Notes: generated by a model not told the origin, from the sequence alone. Numbered from the stretch's first letter, positions 16,731-25,385 are shown. The stretch is 33,273 nt of DNA from Candidatus Woesearchaeota archaeon (GCA_016185815.1 JACPMT010000053.1:1-33273), one strand, 5' to 3'. A program made the numbers and translations.

Positions 16731-18173
16731 ATGGACACAATAAGGAGAATATCAAGAAATTTATTCTTTCAGGGAATTTCAGAATTAACTGTCAAAGGGC
16801 TTCAGATACTTATACTGATTTATATTGCCAGATTACTAAGGGAAACTGAATTCGGAAAATTTAATTTTGCAATAGCATTCACAACAATAGCGCTCATATT
16901 TGTGGACATAGGCTTGCAGCCGCTATTTGTAAGGGAAATAAGCAGGAAAAGGGAGCTTGCAGATAAATACATATTCCATAGCATAATAATAAAATCAATA
17001 CTATCATTGGTTGCATTCTTTGTTGTGATATTTATCCTGAATATTATGGCCTATCCTAAAGACATAAGGGTTGTTGTTTATATTATGTTTGCATTCACTA
17101 TTCTTAAGTCATTTACCGATGCTTTTAGCTCTGTGTTTCTTGCATTTGAGGAAATGCAGTGGGATGGCTTTCTTAAGATATTAAGAGCAGTGCTGCTAGC
17201 TGCCCTAGTGATTTATGCCTTACAAAAGGGATATGCGCTGATTGTTATAACATGGATGTATGTGATAACAGAAGTTATTGTGCTTTCTTTATGTTTGATT
17301 GTACTATTTACTAAATTCATAAAATTTGTGGCAAAAGTGGAAAGGGAACTTATAAAAAGACTCACTCTTGAAGCCCTTCCATTTGCTATCACCGTACTAT
17401 TCTACAGTTTGTATTTCTATATAGATTCTGTTATGCTCTCAAAAATGAGGGGGTTGTATGAAGTGGGATTGTACAGCGCAGCATACAATCTGACCATAGC
17501 GCTGATTTTTATACCTACTATTTATATTAATGCTGTATTTCCAAGCCTTTCAAAATTCTATGTTAAATCAAAAGAATCTCTGAAGTTCGCGTACAAGAAG
17601 TCCCTTCTGTATATGTCTGTAGCAGCTTTGCCTATAACTACTGTGTTATTTTTTTCAGGGAGCAACATAATCCATTTTTTGTACGGTCCGGGCTACGGCA
17701 AGTCCGTGCTTGTGCTGCAGATAATAGCAATAACAGTGCTGTTCAGGTTCATCAGTTTTGTAAATGCAATTACTATGGTTTCCATAGACAGGCAAAAACA
17801 AAGACTGTATTTGCAGGGCATAACTGCAGGGATCAACATTGCATTAAACTTGATTCTGATACCAGCTTATGGCTACATAGGGGCGGCAATAGCGACTGTT
17901 GCAACAGAATTCTTCCTGTTCATTTCTTATTTTTCGCCGATACTGAACTATTTCCAGAACTGGGGAGATAGCACAACATTAGTAAAACCTGTTATTGCTG
18001 CAATACTCGCATCAGGATTTTTTTTCCTTAGCCTGAACACGCCCTTGAAAATATTGTTGGTTTTTGCTGTGTATCTTGTGCTATTGGTTCTGCTCAAAGC
18101 ATTTAAAAAGGAGGACTGGGTTATCTTCAAGGGGGTTTTGAGCAGCGCTAAACCGAGAAAAGAGGCTGTTTGA
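16731..18173 (+). CDS. Wzx-like polysaccharide/oligosaccharide flippase (MOP superfamily)
   Basis: 480 aa with about 12-14 TM helices. The N-terminal region LFFQGISELTVKGLQILILIYIARLLRETEFGKFNFAIAF is typical of polysaccharide biosynthesis (Wzx) proteins. Confidence 0.8.
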   Translation: MDTIRRISRNLFFQGISELTVKGLQILILIYIARLLRETEFGKFNFAIAFTTIALIFVDIGLQPLFVREISRKRELADKYIFHSIIIKSILSLVAFFVVIFILNIMAYPKDIRVVVYIMFAFTILKSFTDAFSSVFLAFEEMQWDGFLKILRAVLLAALVIYALQKGYALIVITWMYVITEVIVLSLCLIVLFTKFIKFVAKVERELIKRLTLEALPFAITVLFYSLYFYIDSVMLSKMRGLYEVGLYSAAYNLTIALIFIPTIYINAVFPSLSKFYVKSKESLKFAYKKSLLYMSVAALPITTVLFFSGSNIIHFLYGPGYGKSVLVLQIIAITVLFRFISFVNAITMVSIDRQKQRLYLQGITAGINIALNLILIPAYGYIGAAIATVATEFFLFISYFSPILNYFQNWGDSTTLVKPVIAAILASGFFFLSLNTPLKILLVFAVYLVLLVLLKAFKKEDWVIFKGVLSSAKPRKEAV

Positions 18174-18185
18174 ATTGTATTAAGC

Positions 18186-19157
18186 TTACGAAGGAGTGAT
18201 TTTAATTCTTCTTAAACCATTTATGGTTCTTTTTAGCCCTTCTTTCAATCCTATCACGGGCTGCCATTTCAATTCCTTTTTTGCTTTTTTTATGTCCGGG
18301 CACCTGACATGCGGGTCATCCAAAGGCAGCGGCTTAAACACTATTTTGCTCCTGCTTTTAGCCAATTCTTTTATTATTTCGGCAAACTCCAGAATTGTGT
18401 GCTCTTCCGGATTTCCGAGGTTGACAGGCTCATTTATTTCAGATATCATTAGTTTATATATCCCTTCTACCAAATCGCTTACATAGCAAAAGCTTCTTGT
18501 CTGCTTGCCATTGCCATAGACTGTGATAGGCTCGTTTTTTAATGCCTGTGTTATGAAGTTCGGAACAACCCTGCCGTCATCTTTCCTCATTCTTGGGCCA
18601 TATGTGTTGAAAATCCTTGCAATCTTCGTGTCGAGCTTGTGGATCCTGTGGTAAGCCATTGTCAATGCTTCAGCAAATCTTTTTGCCTCATCATAACATC
18701 CCCTTATTCCTATTGGATTTACGTTTCCCCAGTAAGATTCCGGCTGAGGGTTGACCAAAGGATCGCCATAAACCTCTGACGTTGACGCAAGCAGGTATTT
18801 CACCTTTTTTGCCAGTGCCAGGCCAAGAGTGTTGTGGGTTCCCAAACTTCCCACCTTCAAGGTCTGTATTGGTATTTTTTGGTAGTCCACAGGGCTTGCA
18901 GGAGATGCAAAATGCAGCACAAAATCAAGTTCTTCATTTACAACAATATGCTTGCTGACATCATGGTGGATATATTTGAAATCAGGATTGCTTCTCAAGT
19001 GCTCTATGTTTTTTATATCCCCTGTTACAAGATTGTCCATGGCAATCACTTTGAATCCCTTACCCAGAAGAAATTCGCACAAATGGCTGCCGATAAATCC
19101 TGCCCCTCCGGTTATCAATGCTGTTTTCATTTTGGTTTGGTTTTTATTTTTATTCAT
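18186..19157 (-). CDS. uxs: UDP-glucuronate decarboxylase (UDP-xylose synthase), SDR family
   Basis: [82 protein letters not shown] and [16 protein letters not shown] closely parallel UXS enzymes. The alternative start MKTALITGG is at 19130. Confidence 0.9.
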   Translation of the reverse strand: MNKNKNQTKMKTALITGGAGFIGSHLCEFLLGKGFKVIAMDNLVTGDIKNIEHLRSNPDFKYIHHDVSKHIVVNEELDFVLHFASPASPVDYQKIPIQTLKVGSLGTHNTLGLALAKKVKYLLASTSEVYGDPLVNPQPESYWGNVNPIGIRGCYDEAKRFAEALTMAYHRIHKLDTKIARIFNTYGPRMRKDDGRVVPNFITQALKNEPITVYGNGKQTRSFCYVSDLVEGIYKLMISEINEPVNLGNPEEHTILEFAEIIKELAKSRSKIVFKPLPLDDPHVRCPDIKKAKKELKWQPVIGLKEGLKRTINGLRRIKITPS

Positions 19158-19198
19158 TTAATGGGTTTTTGTTAATGCGTTTATTTATTGCGTTTTAG

Positions 19199-19936
19199 TC
19201 AATTCTCTTCTTTATAGTACTTATTTGCCTTTTCCAGCTGCCCAATGCTCCCTATGTCATACCATTTTTTATCTGTGACAAAAGAGTGCACCTTTTCCCT
19301 TTTGTGAAGCCATTCAATAAAGCTGCCTGTTTTATCCGGGTTATTTCCCTGCTCAATGTATTTTTTAATGAGCGGTATCGTCTTCTTTGGGAACAGGTAA
19401 ATCCCGGTTGATGCCAGTGTTGATTTTGGGTTTGAGGGCTTTTCCTCAAAGTTTACGATAATGCCGTCTTTTACTTCAACAATCCCGTAATGCCTTGCCA
19501 GTTCAATGTCTTTCACGTCATAGAGCACTATTACATTTGACTTCTTTTTTTTGAAGAAATTTGCTGCATCTGCCAATGGCATCTCAAAAAGATTGTCGCC
19601 GGCAACAACTATGAGGTCGTTATCCAGGTTTTTTTTAGTGATGGTATGGTGTATGTCTCCCAATGCCCCAAGCCTGTCCTCATTGCTCTTGGTGCCGTCA
19701 TTTATTATTTCAACCGGCTTTTCAGCATCGAAATTGCCGAGCCATTTTTTGAAATGCTGCTCGAATTTGTCGTTTGTAACAATGTATATCCTGCTGATAG
19801 AGCCCACATGGCTTAATTTTTTTATTATGTGCTCTATTATGGGCTTTCCGGCTACTTCCAGCAATGGCTTCGGGGTGTTTTCCGTCAGGGGATGCAATCT
19901 TGTTGCATAGCCTGCCGCCAGTATTATTGCATCCAC
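19199..19936 (-). CDS. sugar-1-phosphate nucleotidyltransferase
   Basis: GTG start abuts the ugd stop (TAGGTG). N-terminal AIILAAGYATRLHPLTENTPKPLLEVAGKPIIEHII (GxGTRL-type signature). Confidence 0.85.
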   Translation of the reverse strand: MDAIILAAGYATRLHPLTENTPKPLLEVAGKPIIEHIIKKLSHVGSISRIYIVTNDKFEQHFKKWLGNFDAEKPVEIINDGTKSNEDRLGALGDIHHTITKKNLDNDLIVVAGDNLFEMPLADAANFFKKKKSNVIVLYDVKDIELARHYGIVEVKDGIIVNFEEKPSNPKSTLASTGIYLFPKKTIPLIKKYIEQGNNPDKTGSFIEWLHKREKVHSFVTDKKWYDIGSIGQLEKANKYYKEEN

Positions 19937-21238
19937 CTAAATCACTTCCTTTCTTCCGATGCTGATGTATGTGAAGCCTTCTTTTTTAACATCTTCGGGC
20001 CTGTAAATGTTCCTTCCGTCAATTATCAAAGGATGCTTCATCAGGGGCTTTATTCTTTTCAAGTCAAGCTTTTTGAATTCGTCCCATTCTGTTATGACAA
20101 CCAAAGCGTCTGCATCTATTGCGGCATCGTAAGGGTCGCTGGAGTATGCAACATTTTTCAGGATGCCTTTTGCTTTTTCCATTGCCTTTGGGTCATACGC
20201 CTTTATTTTTGCCCCTTCCTTCTGCAGCTCGCTTATTATATCAACTGAAGGCGCAAATCTCATGTCATCGGTGTTTGGCTTGAACGCCAGCCCCAGGATT
20301 CCGATTGTCTTGCCCTTTACAATCCACAATGCTTTTTCTATTTTCCTTACAAAATGCTTTCTTTGATTATTGTTTATTTCCTGCACTGCCTTAAGCAGCT
20401 TGAAATCGTACCCGAATTTTTCTGATATCCTTATAAATGCCTCTGCATCCTTTGGGAAGCAAAATCCCCCATATCCGATTCCGGCGTTGAGGAATACCCT
20501 TCCGATCCGCTTGTCACACCCCATTCCCTCAGCTACTTTTTCAATGTCAGCGCCTGCCAGCTCGCATATATTTGCTATGGCATTTATAAATGAGATTTTT
20601 GCCGCCAAAAACGAGTTTGAAGCGTGCTTGATTATTTCCGCGCTTTTTATGTCTGTGAAGATAATCGGCGATTTCAGCGACGAGTACAATTTTTTCATTA
20701 TATCCTTTGCTTTTTCGCTTTCGCACCCGATCACTATCCTGTCTGGGTGCATGAAGTCGTTCACCGCGCTTCCCTCCCTCAAGAATTCGGGATTGCTTAC
20801 AACATCAAAATCAACCTTGTGCGCATTGTAGCTTTTTATTGACTTTGCAACTTTCTCCCCTGTCTCAACCGGAACAGTGCTTTTCTCCACAATTATCTTG
20901 TAAGAATCCATTGCCTCCGCTATTGACAATGCTACGTTCTCAACATAGCTTAAGTCAGCCTCCCCGTTATCTTTTGGCGGAGTTCCGACGCAGATAAATA
21001 TGATTTCAGATTTCCTGATTGCGCCGTTTAAGTCTGACGAGAAAACAAGCTTTTTTTCTTTTTTGTTCTTCGCAACCAGCTCATCCAGATTTGGCTCATA
21101 GATTGGAACGATGCCGCTGTTAAGCTTGCCTATCTTATCTTTGTCTACATCAACGCAGATTACATCATTTCCAAGCTCTGCAAAGCACGCTCCTGTGACA
21201 AGACCTACATAGCCCGCTCCAACAACTGCAATTTTCAT
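19937..21238 (-). CDS. ugd: UDP-glucose 6-dehydrogenase
   Basis: MKIAVVGAGYVGLVTGACFAELGNDVICVD (NAD fold) and catalytic-Cys motif GYGGFCFPKD. Length 433 aa. Confidence 0.95.
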   Translation of the reverse strand: MKIAVVGAGYVGLVTGACFAELGNDVICVDVDKDKIGKLNSGIVPIYEPNLDELVAKNKKEKKLVFSSDLNGAIRKSEIIFICVGTPPKDNGEADLSYVENVALSIAEAMDSYKIIVEKSTVPVETGEKVAKSIKSYNAHKVDFDVVSNPEFLREGSAVNDFMHPDRIVIGCESEKAKDIMKKLYSSLKSPIIFTDIKSAEIIKHASNSFLAAKISFINAIANICELAGADIEKVAEGMGCDKRIGRVFLNAGIGYGGFCFPKDAEAFIRISEKFGYDFKLLKAVQEINNNQRKHFVRKIEKALWIVKGKTIGILGLAFKPNTDDMRFAPSVDIISELQKEGAKIKAYDPKAMEKAKGILKNVAYSSDPYDAAIDADALVVITEWDEFKKLDLKRIKPLMKHPLIIDGRNIYRPEDVKKEGFTYISIGRKEVI

Positions 21239-21301
21239 TATGGCTATAGAACAGAAACGTATTTAAATATCTTACCATTATCCTACTTTATACTACCCAG
21301 A

Positions 21302-22102
21302 ATGCCTAAAACAAAAATCTCCATAACAATCAACGAAAAGACATTACATGACATAGATTCCATCATTGACAATGTGTATATCCGCAACAGAAGCCAAGCT
21401 ATAGAGCACCTTGCCAAGAGCGCCTTGGGAGAGAACAAGTCAGCTGTAATTCTCCTTGGCGGCAATGACAGGCATTTGAGGATTTCAAAAGAAGACTACA
21501 GGCCGACTGCAAGGATAAAAAACAATCCTGTCATAGAACTTGGGTTGAAAAGGCTGAGGGAAAACAATTTCAAGACTGTGTTCATTGTCGCAAGGCATAA
21601 TTTATTGACTAAGTTGTTTGAGATGCTGAAAGACGGCACAGGTTACGGGGTAAAAATAAGCTATATTGAGGAGAAATCCTCCAACGGCACTGCTGATTCC
21701 TTGAGGCTCCTGAAAGGCAGGGTTAATGCAAATTTCCTTGTTGTTTACGGCGATATAATTTTTAACAGGATAAACATTGAGGAATTGTGGAATGACCACA
21801 TAAAACAGAATGCAATTGCAACAATAATGCTTACTACATCTTCAAAACCTAGCGAAAAGGGAACTGTAAGGGTTGAGGGCAACAAGGTGCTTACCTTCAC
21901 CCAAAAGCCTAAAAAATCAGACATTTACCTTGTTTTTTCACCCATCTTTGTCGCAGAGCCGCAGATTTTCGAATACCCGGGCGCAAGCCTTGAGTTCAAT
22001 GTCTTTCCCGAGCTTGCTGAGAAAGGGCTGCTTAACGGGCATTTAAGCTCTGAAAAGGAAGTTCATATACATAACAAAAGAGACATTGAAAAGTTAAGAT
22101 AA
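21302..22102 (+). CDS. fusion of an N-terminal ribbon-helix-helix domain with a nucleotidyltransferase-fold domain that has a diverged G-loop
   Basis: KTKISITINEKTLHDIDSIIDNVYIRNRSQAIEHLAKSAL (RHH). Then AVILLGGNDRHLR...RPTARIKNNPVIELGLKRL aligns to the canonical LAGGxGTRL...KPL..i.gkPii, but GTR is replaced. Divergent from the ugd operon across a 63-bp gap. Confidence 0.7.
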   Translation: MPKTKISITINEKTLHDIDSIIDNVYIRNRSQAIEHLAKSALGENKSAVILLGGNDRHLRISKEDYRPTARIKNNPVIELGLKRLRENNFKTVFIVARHNLLTKLFEMLKDGTGYGVKISYIEEKSSNGTADSLRLLKGRVNANFLVVYGDIIFNRINIEELWNDHIKQNAIATIMLTTSSKPSEKGTVRVEGNKVLTFTQKPKKSDIYLVFSPIFVAEPQIFEYPGASLEFNVFPELAEKGLLNGHLSSEKEVHIHNKRDIEKLR

Positions 22103-22103
22103 A

Positions 22104-23099
22104 TCATATTGTAAACCCACAATTAGCCTCTCTATACGATTCTAAAACTTGATTATTATTACCTGAGCTAGAATAAATTATTTTTGCTAATTCTACATCA
22201 GTACTCGGTCTTTTATTTTTCATCTCTGTTGTTATTTGTTTTATAAAATAAGAGTTTTGTTTATTTAGAATTTCATCGTAAATAATATAAAATGACATAG
22301 TTTGGCAATTGGTATCTTTTCTTTTTTCTCCGAACGACCAACCAGATATTGGAGGATTGGGTCTATTAGCCTCTAACATCGAGAAACCCACCCTATAAGC
22401 TTCTATCTGTGAGTCATATACCTGATGACACTCTGGAACATATTGATATACATACGTTTGGATTGGGAAAGTGAATACATGATTAAGATCGTAGTTAAAT
22501 TTACTCCAATCAAAATTTAAACAATTAAGGAAAGAATGTACTAATTCGTGATGAAAACTATAGCATTTGTCCTCAGCAGTTTCCCATTGATTATCTATAG
22601 AATATATAATTTTACCAGCAGAACATCCAGAGGCATTTTCTCCACAGTTTTTAATCAATTCGTCCTCTTTTACATAACGAAAAATAATGGGAGGTTTCCA
22701 ATTACAAGTATCAAAATTAGTATTAGTAATATCCTTTAAGACTTGAAAGAATTTCTCATGCACTATAGTAGATTTGCCACATTTCTCAATAAAATTTGGT
22801 ATATTTGGGCAATCTGATATTATATTGTCTGTATAGAATAATACCCTATCTGTATGATACACTGACGGAATATTAAAAAAATCTATCTTAAGTGAAGAGT
22901 ATCCTTTAGGGCATTTATTATTAAAAGCACAGTTTTCATAAATCTTATAGATATTCTTAATTTGTTTTTCTTCTAAATAGCTATTTTTGACGAATCTATA
23001 ACCTTCATAATTCCCAAACTTACTCTTAAAGAAAAGCATAATTATAATAATTGAAACCAAAGTTATAGAAAAATTAATTATTAAGTGTTTAAATTTCAT
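22104..23099 (-). CDS. membrane-anchored Cys-rich protein with HExxH motif (putative zinc metallopeptidase)
   Basis: N-terminal TM INFSITLVSIIIIMLFF, motif CYSFHHELVHSFLNC, many Cys residues. Very AT-rich gene. No family recognised. Confidence 0.55.
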   Translation of the reverse strand: MKFKHLIINFSITLVSIIIIMLFFKSKFGNYEGYRFVKNSYLEEKQIKNIYKIYENCAFNNKCPKGYSSLKIDFFNIPSVYHTDRVLFYTDNIISDCPNIPNFIEKCGKSTIVHEKFFQVLKDITNTNFDTCNWKPPIIFRYVKEDELIKNCGENASGCSAGKIIYSIDNQWETAEDKCYSFHHELVHSFLNCLNFDWSKFNYDLNHVFTFPIQTYVYQYVPECHQVYDSQIEAYRVGFSMLEANRPNPPISGWSFGEKRKDTNCQTMSFYIIYDEILNKQNSYFIKQITTEMKNKRPSTDVELAKIIYSSSGNNNQVLESYREANCGFTI

Positions 23100-23158
23100 A
23101 AGGTAATATTATAAGGTTCTTTATATAAACATTCCCAAAAGAAATTCTAAGATAAATT

Positions 23159-23220
23159 AAGGTGGACAGCTTTTCCAGGCTCCCACACATAAGTGCAGTA
23201 CTGCTGGAAACGGAGGCTTG
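23159..23220 (-). pseudogene. partial copy of the 3' half of the 5S rRNA gene (direct repeat of 24090-24151)
   Basis: 62 nt with 60/62 identity to 24090-24151. Differences are C/T at 23180 vs 24111 and A/G at 23189 vs 24120. Homology stops abruptly after ...GGAGGCTTG. Confidence 0.85.
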
Positions 23221-23412
23221 TTATAAGTATATTAACACTTAAAGCCTACTATCTTTGATTTATTCTCCATTTAAATCATCTTAACATAGTCTCAACCGCC
23301 AAATTATGATTTTTGTTTTCTATATTGAAAATAAGCACTGGACATTCTCACGTATAATATTTAAACTAAAATCATTTAAGCAGTTTCAACACAAAAAAAG
23401 TCAGTGATTTAA

Positions 23413-24084
23413 ATGATTTCAAAAAATTTCGCAAGATGCTTGGCTAAGATAAGTGGTGATGGATATTTACATCATCGATATATCAGATATAATAATACTT
23501 GTGAAGAACTTCTCCAAGAATTTAAAGAGGATATGGCTGAGGAGTTTGGCAATATTAAATTTACAGAAGGAATTAATAATTCTGGCACAAGATTCGTTCA
23601 CGTTACCAGAAAACAAATTGTAAATAAATTTCTTGAATATCAAGATGATTTTAGAAGTAGTTCAATTTATGTTCCAGAAATAATAAAGAGAGCTGACAAA
23701 TCAATACAAAAAGAGTATTTAAGGGTGTTATATGATGATGAAGGCTGCGCTGCTTTAAGACTCTATGTAAAAGGCAAAGAATGGAAGAGAAACATAACAT
23801 TGACATCTAATTCCTTAAGGCTGTTGGAAGATGTTAAGTCAATGCTTTTTAGTTTTGGTATTAAGTCAAACAGAATTACCAGAACAAAGTCTAATAGCCT
23901 TAAAGACAAGTCTTACGTTCTAAGCATAACAGGCAAAGATAATATAGCCAAATTCAGAGAAAATATAGGTTTTAAGCATCCAGAGAAGGCTAGAAAGCTG
24001 AATTTAATGGTAAAATCTTATATAGCTAATTCTAGAAATATTAGGGAATTTGAAAAATTAAAAGTGGAGCTCATGTTCCCATAA
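23413..24084 (+). CDS. LAGLIDADG-family (two-motif) homing endonuclease
   Basis: Motif 1 is [11 protein letters not shown] (aa 9-19) and motif 2 is [14 protein letters not shown] (aa 102-115), separated by about 90 aa. The 223-aa size is typical of monomeric archaeal enzymes. The stop lies 7 nt from the 3' end of the 5S gene. Confidence 0.85.
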   Translation: MISKNFARCLAKISGDGYLHHRYIRYNNTCEELLQEFKEDMAEEFGNIKFTEGINNSGTRFVHVTRKQIVNKFLEYQDDFRSSSIYVPEIIKRADKSIQKEYLRVLYDDEGCAALRLYVKGKEWKRNITLTSNSLRLLEDVKSMLFSFGIKSNRITRTKSNSLKDKSYVLSITGKDNIAKFRENIGFKHPEKARKLNLMVKSYIANSRNIREFEKLKVELMFP

Positions 24085-24089
24085 TAATA

Positions 24090-24237
24090 AAGGTGGACAG
24101 CTTTTCCAGGTTCCCACACGTAAGTGCAGTACTGCTGGAAACGGAGGCTTGCTTAACTCTCACGCGAGCCGAGCTCCAAAGCTCAATCCGTGTTCGGGAT
24201 GGGAACGGGTGAACCAAGCCCCTATGACCGTCCAAGG
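24090..24237 (-). rRNA. rrf: 5S ribosomal RNA, about 145 nt, with a 28-nt extra segment
   Basis: The reverse complement reads TTGGACGGTCATAGGGGCTTGGTTCACCCGTTCCCATCCCGAACACGGA[TTGAGCTTTGGAGCTCGGCTCGCGTGAG]AGTTAAGCAAGCCTCCGTTTCCAGCAGTACTGCAC...CCTGGAAAAGCTGTCCA. It has the universal CCCGAACACGGAAGTTAAGC box (interrupted), helix I TGGACGG/CTGTCCA and helix II GGCTTG/CAAGCC. Confidence 0.85.
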
Positions 24238-24256
24238 CAATAAGTAGGTTTAAGGG

Positions 24257-24265
24257 ATTTAAAAA
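24257..24265 (-). promoter_or_regulatory. TATA-box-like element of the 5S rRNA promoter
   Basis: The minus strand reads CCTTTTTAAATCCC, centred about 26 nt upstream of the predicted 5S 5' end. This is the usual archaeal TATA-to-TSS spacing. Confidence 0.5.
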
Positions 24266-24272
24266 GGTTTCT

Positions 24273-25385
24273 CTATATTTCTACAATAACCTTCCTCTCT
24301 TTTTCATTAATCTCTTTTATTGTTTTGTGATTCTTTAATTTCTCCTTGATATCTTTCCATGAATGCTTTTTTGAGGCGTTGTTCAGCTCATCAATAACTT
24401 CCTTTATTAATTGATAGTTATGGTAAATCAATTCGCCTTTCTGCCTTGATTCATGCTCTTCCTTTCTAAGTTCTTCTATTGTCTTCTGTTGGTTTTCAGT
24501 TATCCTCTGCAATTCTTTTAATTTTCTGTCAAAGGCTGTTTCTTTCACCTCTTTGAATTGCGAATAAAAATAGCTTAATGCCTCGCTGAATGCATTGAAT
24601 TTCTGTTTTTTATTGTTTTTATAAAATTCCAAATCAAATGGAGCTACATCAATAACATTATTATTCTCATCGAAAACAACAAAAGCGTCAATTTTTTTAT
24701 TTATTATTTTTTTGAGTGAATTTGTGATTGATTGCGCTTGTTTTTCGTCAATGTTTTTTGGATTAATTGTCTTATCTGTGTTCGATAATAAACATACTTC
24801 TTCAGAATACAAGCCACCTAATCCCAATTCTGTCGCCAATGACGTTACAAGCGAGTCTTTTTTTGAATTTTTAGATAATTCTTCCAGTTGCTTTTCACTG
24901 ATTTCAAAAATGTTGTAGTTTGAGATTGGATACGAGTATTTCAGTTTCGGCTTTATGCTTCTCTCCCTGAAATCATGGCGCTCAAGGGCATTGATAATTA
25001 CATCATGCTCGTTGCACAGGATTGCATTGCCCTTGCCGAACAATTCAATATAAAGGTGTTTTTCATCGTCTTTAACCTTGAATGACAGTTTTATTATTCT
25101 CTCAGGCTCCAGTTGCCTGATATCAGTTAAAAAGTAACCATCAATATGCTTCCTTAGCAGCATTCCAAACCCCAGAATTTCGCCATATGCTTCTTTTTCC
25201 TCAGCAAGATAAAGGCACTGCCCTATATTGATTTTTAGTATTTTTTTGCCGGCATTTGCCTTGTACAAGCTAAAGACAATCAGGTTTGCCTCAGGCTGGT
25301 ATATCTTGTCTATTCTTGAGTCCTTCAGGGCCTGCAATTCTTTTACCAGATAATGCAGGTCTATTGATGACAGCTGTTTTTTCAT
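24273..25385 (-). CDS. NFACT-N domain protein (RqcH/Rqc2/FbpA-like), short form lacking the NFACT-R/DUF814 region
   Basis: N-terminus MKKQLSSIDLHYLVKELQALKDSRIDKIYQP...LYIELFGKGNAILC is typical of NFACT-N. The C-terminal part is a coiled coil (KLKELQRITENQQKTIEELRKEEHESRQKGE) and the ORF ends at 370 aa. Confidence 0.75.
   Translation of the reverse strand: MKKQLSSIDLHYLVKELQALKDSRIDKIYQPEANLIVFSLYKANAGKKILKINIGQCLYLAEEKEAYGEILGFGMLLRKHIDGYFLTDIRQLEPERIIKLSFKVKDDEKHLYIELFGKGNAILCNEHDVIINALERHDFRERSIKPKLKYSYPISNYNIFEISEKQLEELSKNSKKDSLVTSLATELGLGGLYSEEVCLLSNTDKTINPKNIDEKQAQSITNSLKKIINKKIDAFVVFDENNNVIDVAPFDLEFYKNNKKQKFNAFSEALSYFYSQFKEVKETAFDRKLKELQRITENQQKTIEELRKEEHESRQKGELIYHNYQLIKEVIDELNNASKKHSWKDIKEKLKNHKTIKEINEKERKVIVEI

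Noticed and set aside
19551-20842. Several plus-strand ORFs (19551-19910, 19829-20248, 20163-20366, 20370-20831, 20624-20842).
   Set aside because: All are antisense to the well-supported nucleotidyltransferase and UDP-glucose dehydrogenase genes, so they are shadow ORFs. The same reasoning applies to the antisense ORFs at 120-323, 1407-1589, 2726-2923, 3733-4011, 4408-4596, 5058-5489, 6749-6934, 9829-10053, 12916-13122, 13867-14052, 14241-14510, 17948-18130, 18196-19175, 19252-19449, 21283-21465, 21602-21799, 22548-22739, 24712-24918, 27830-28226, 28287-28532, 29454-29819, 31785-31970, 32553-32765 and 32771-33116.
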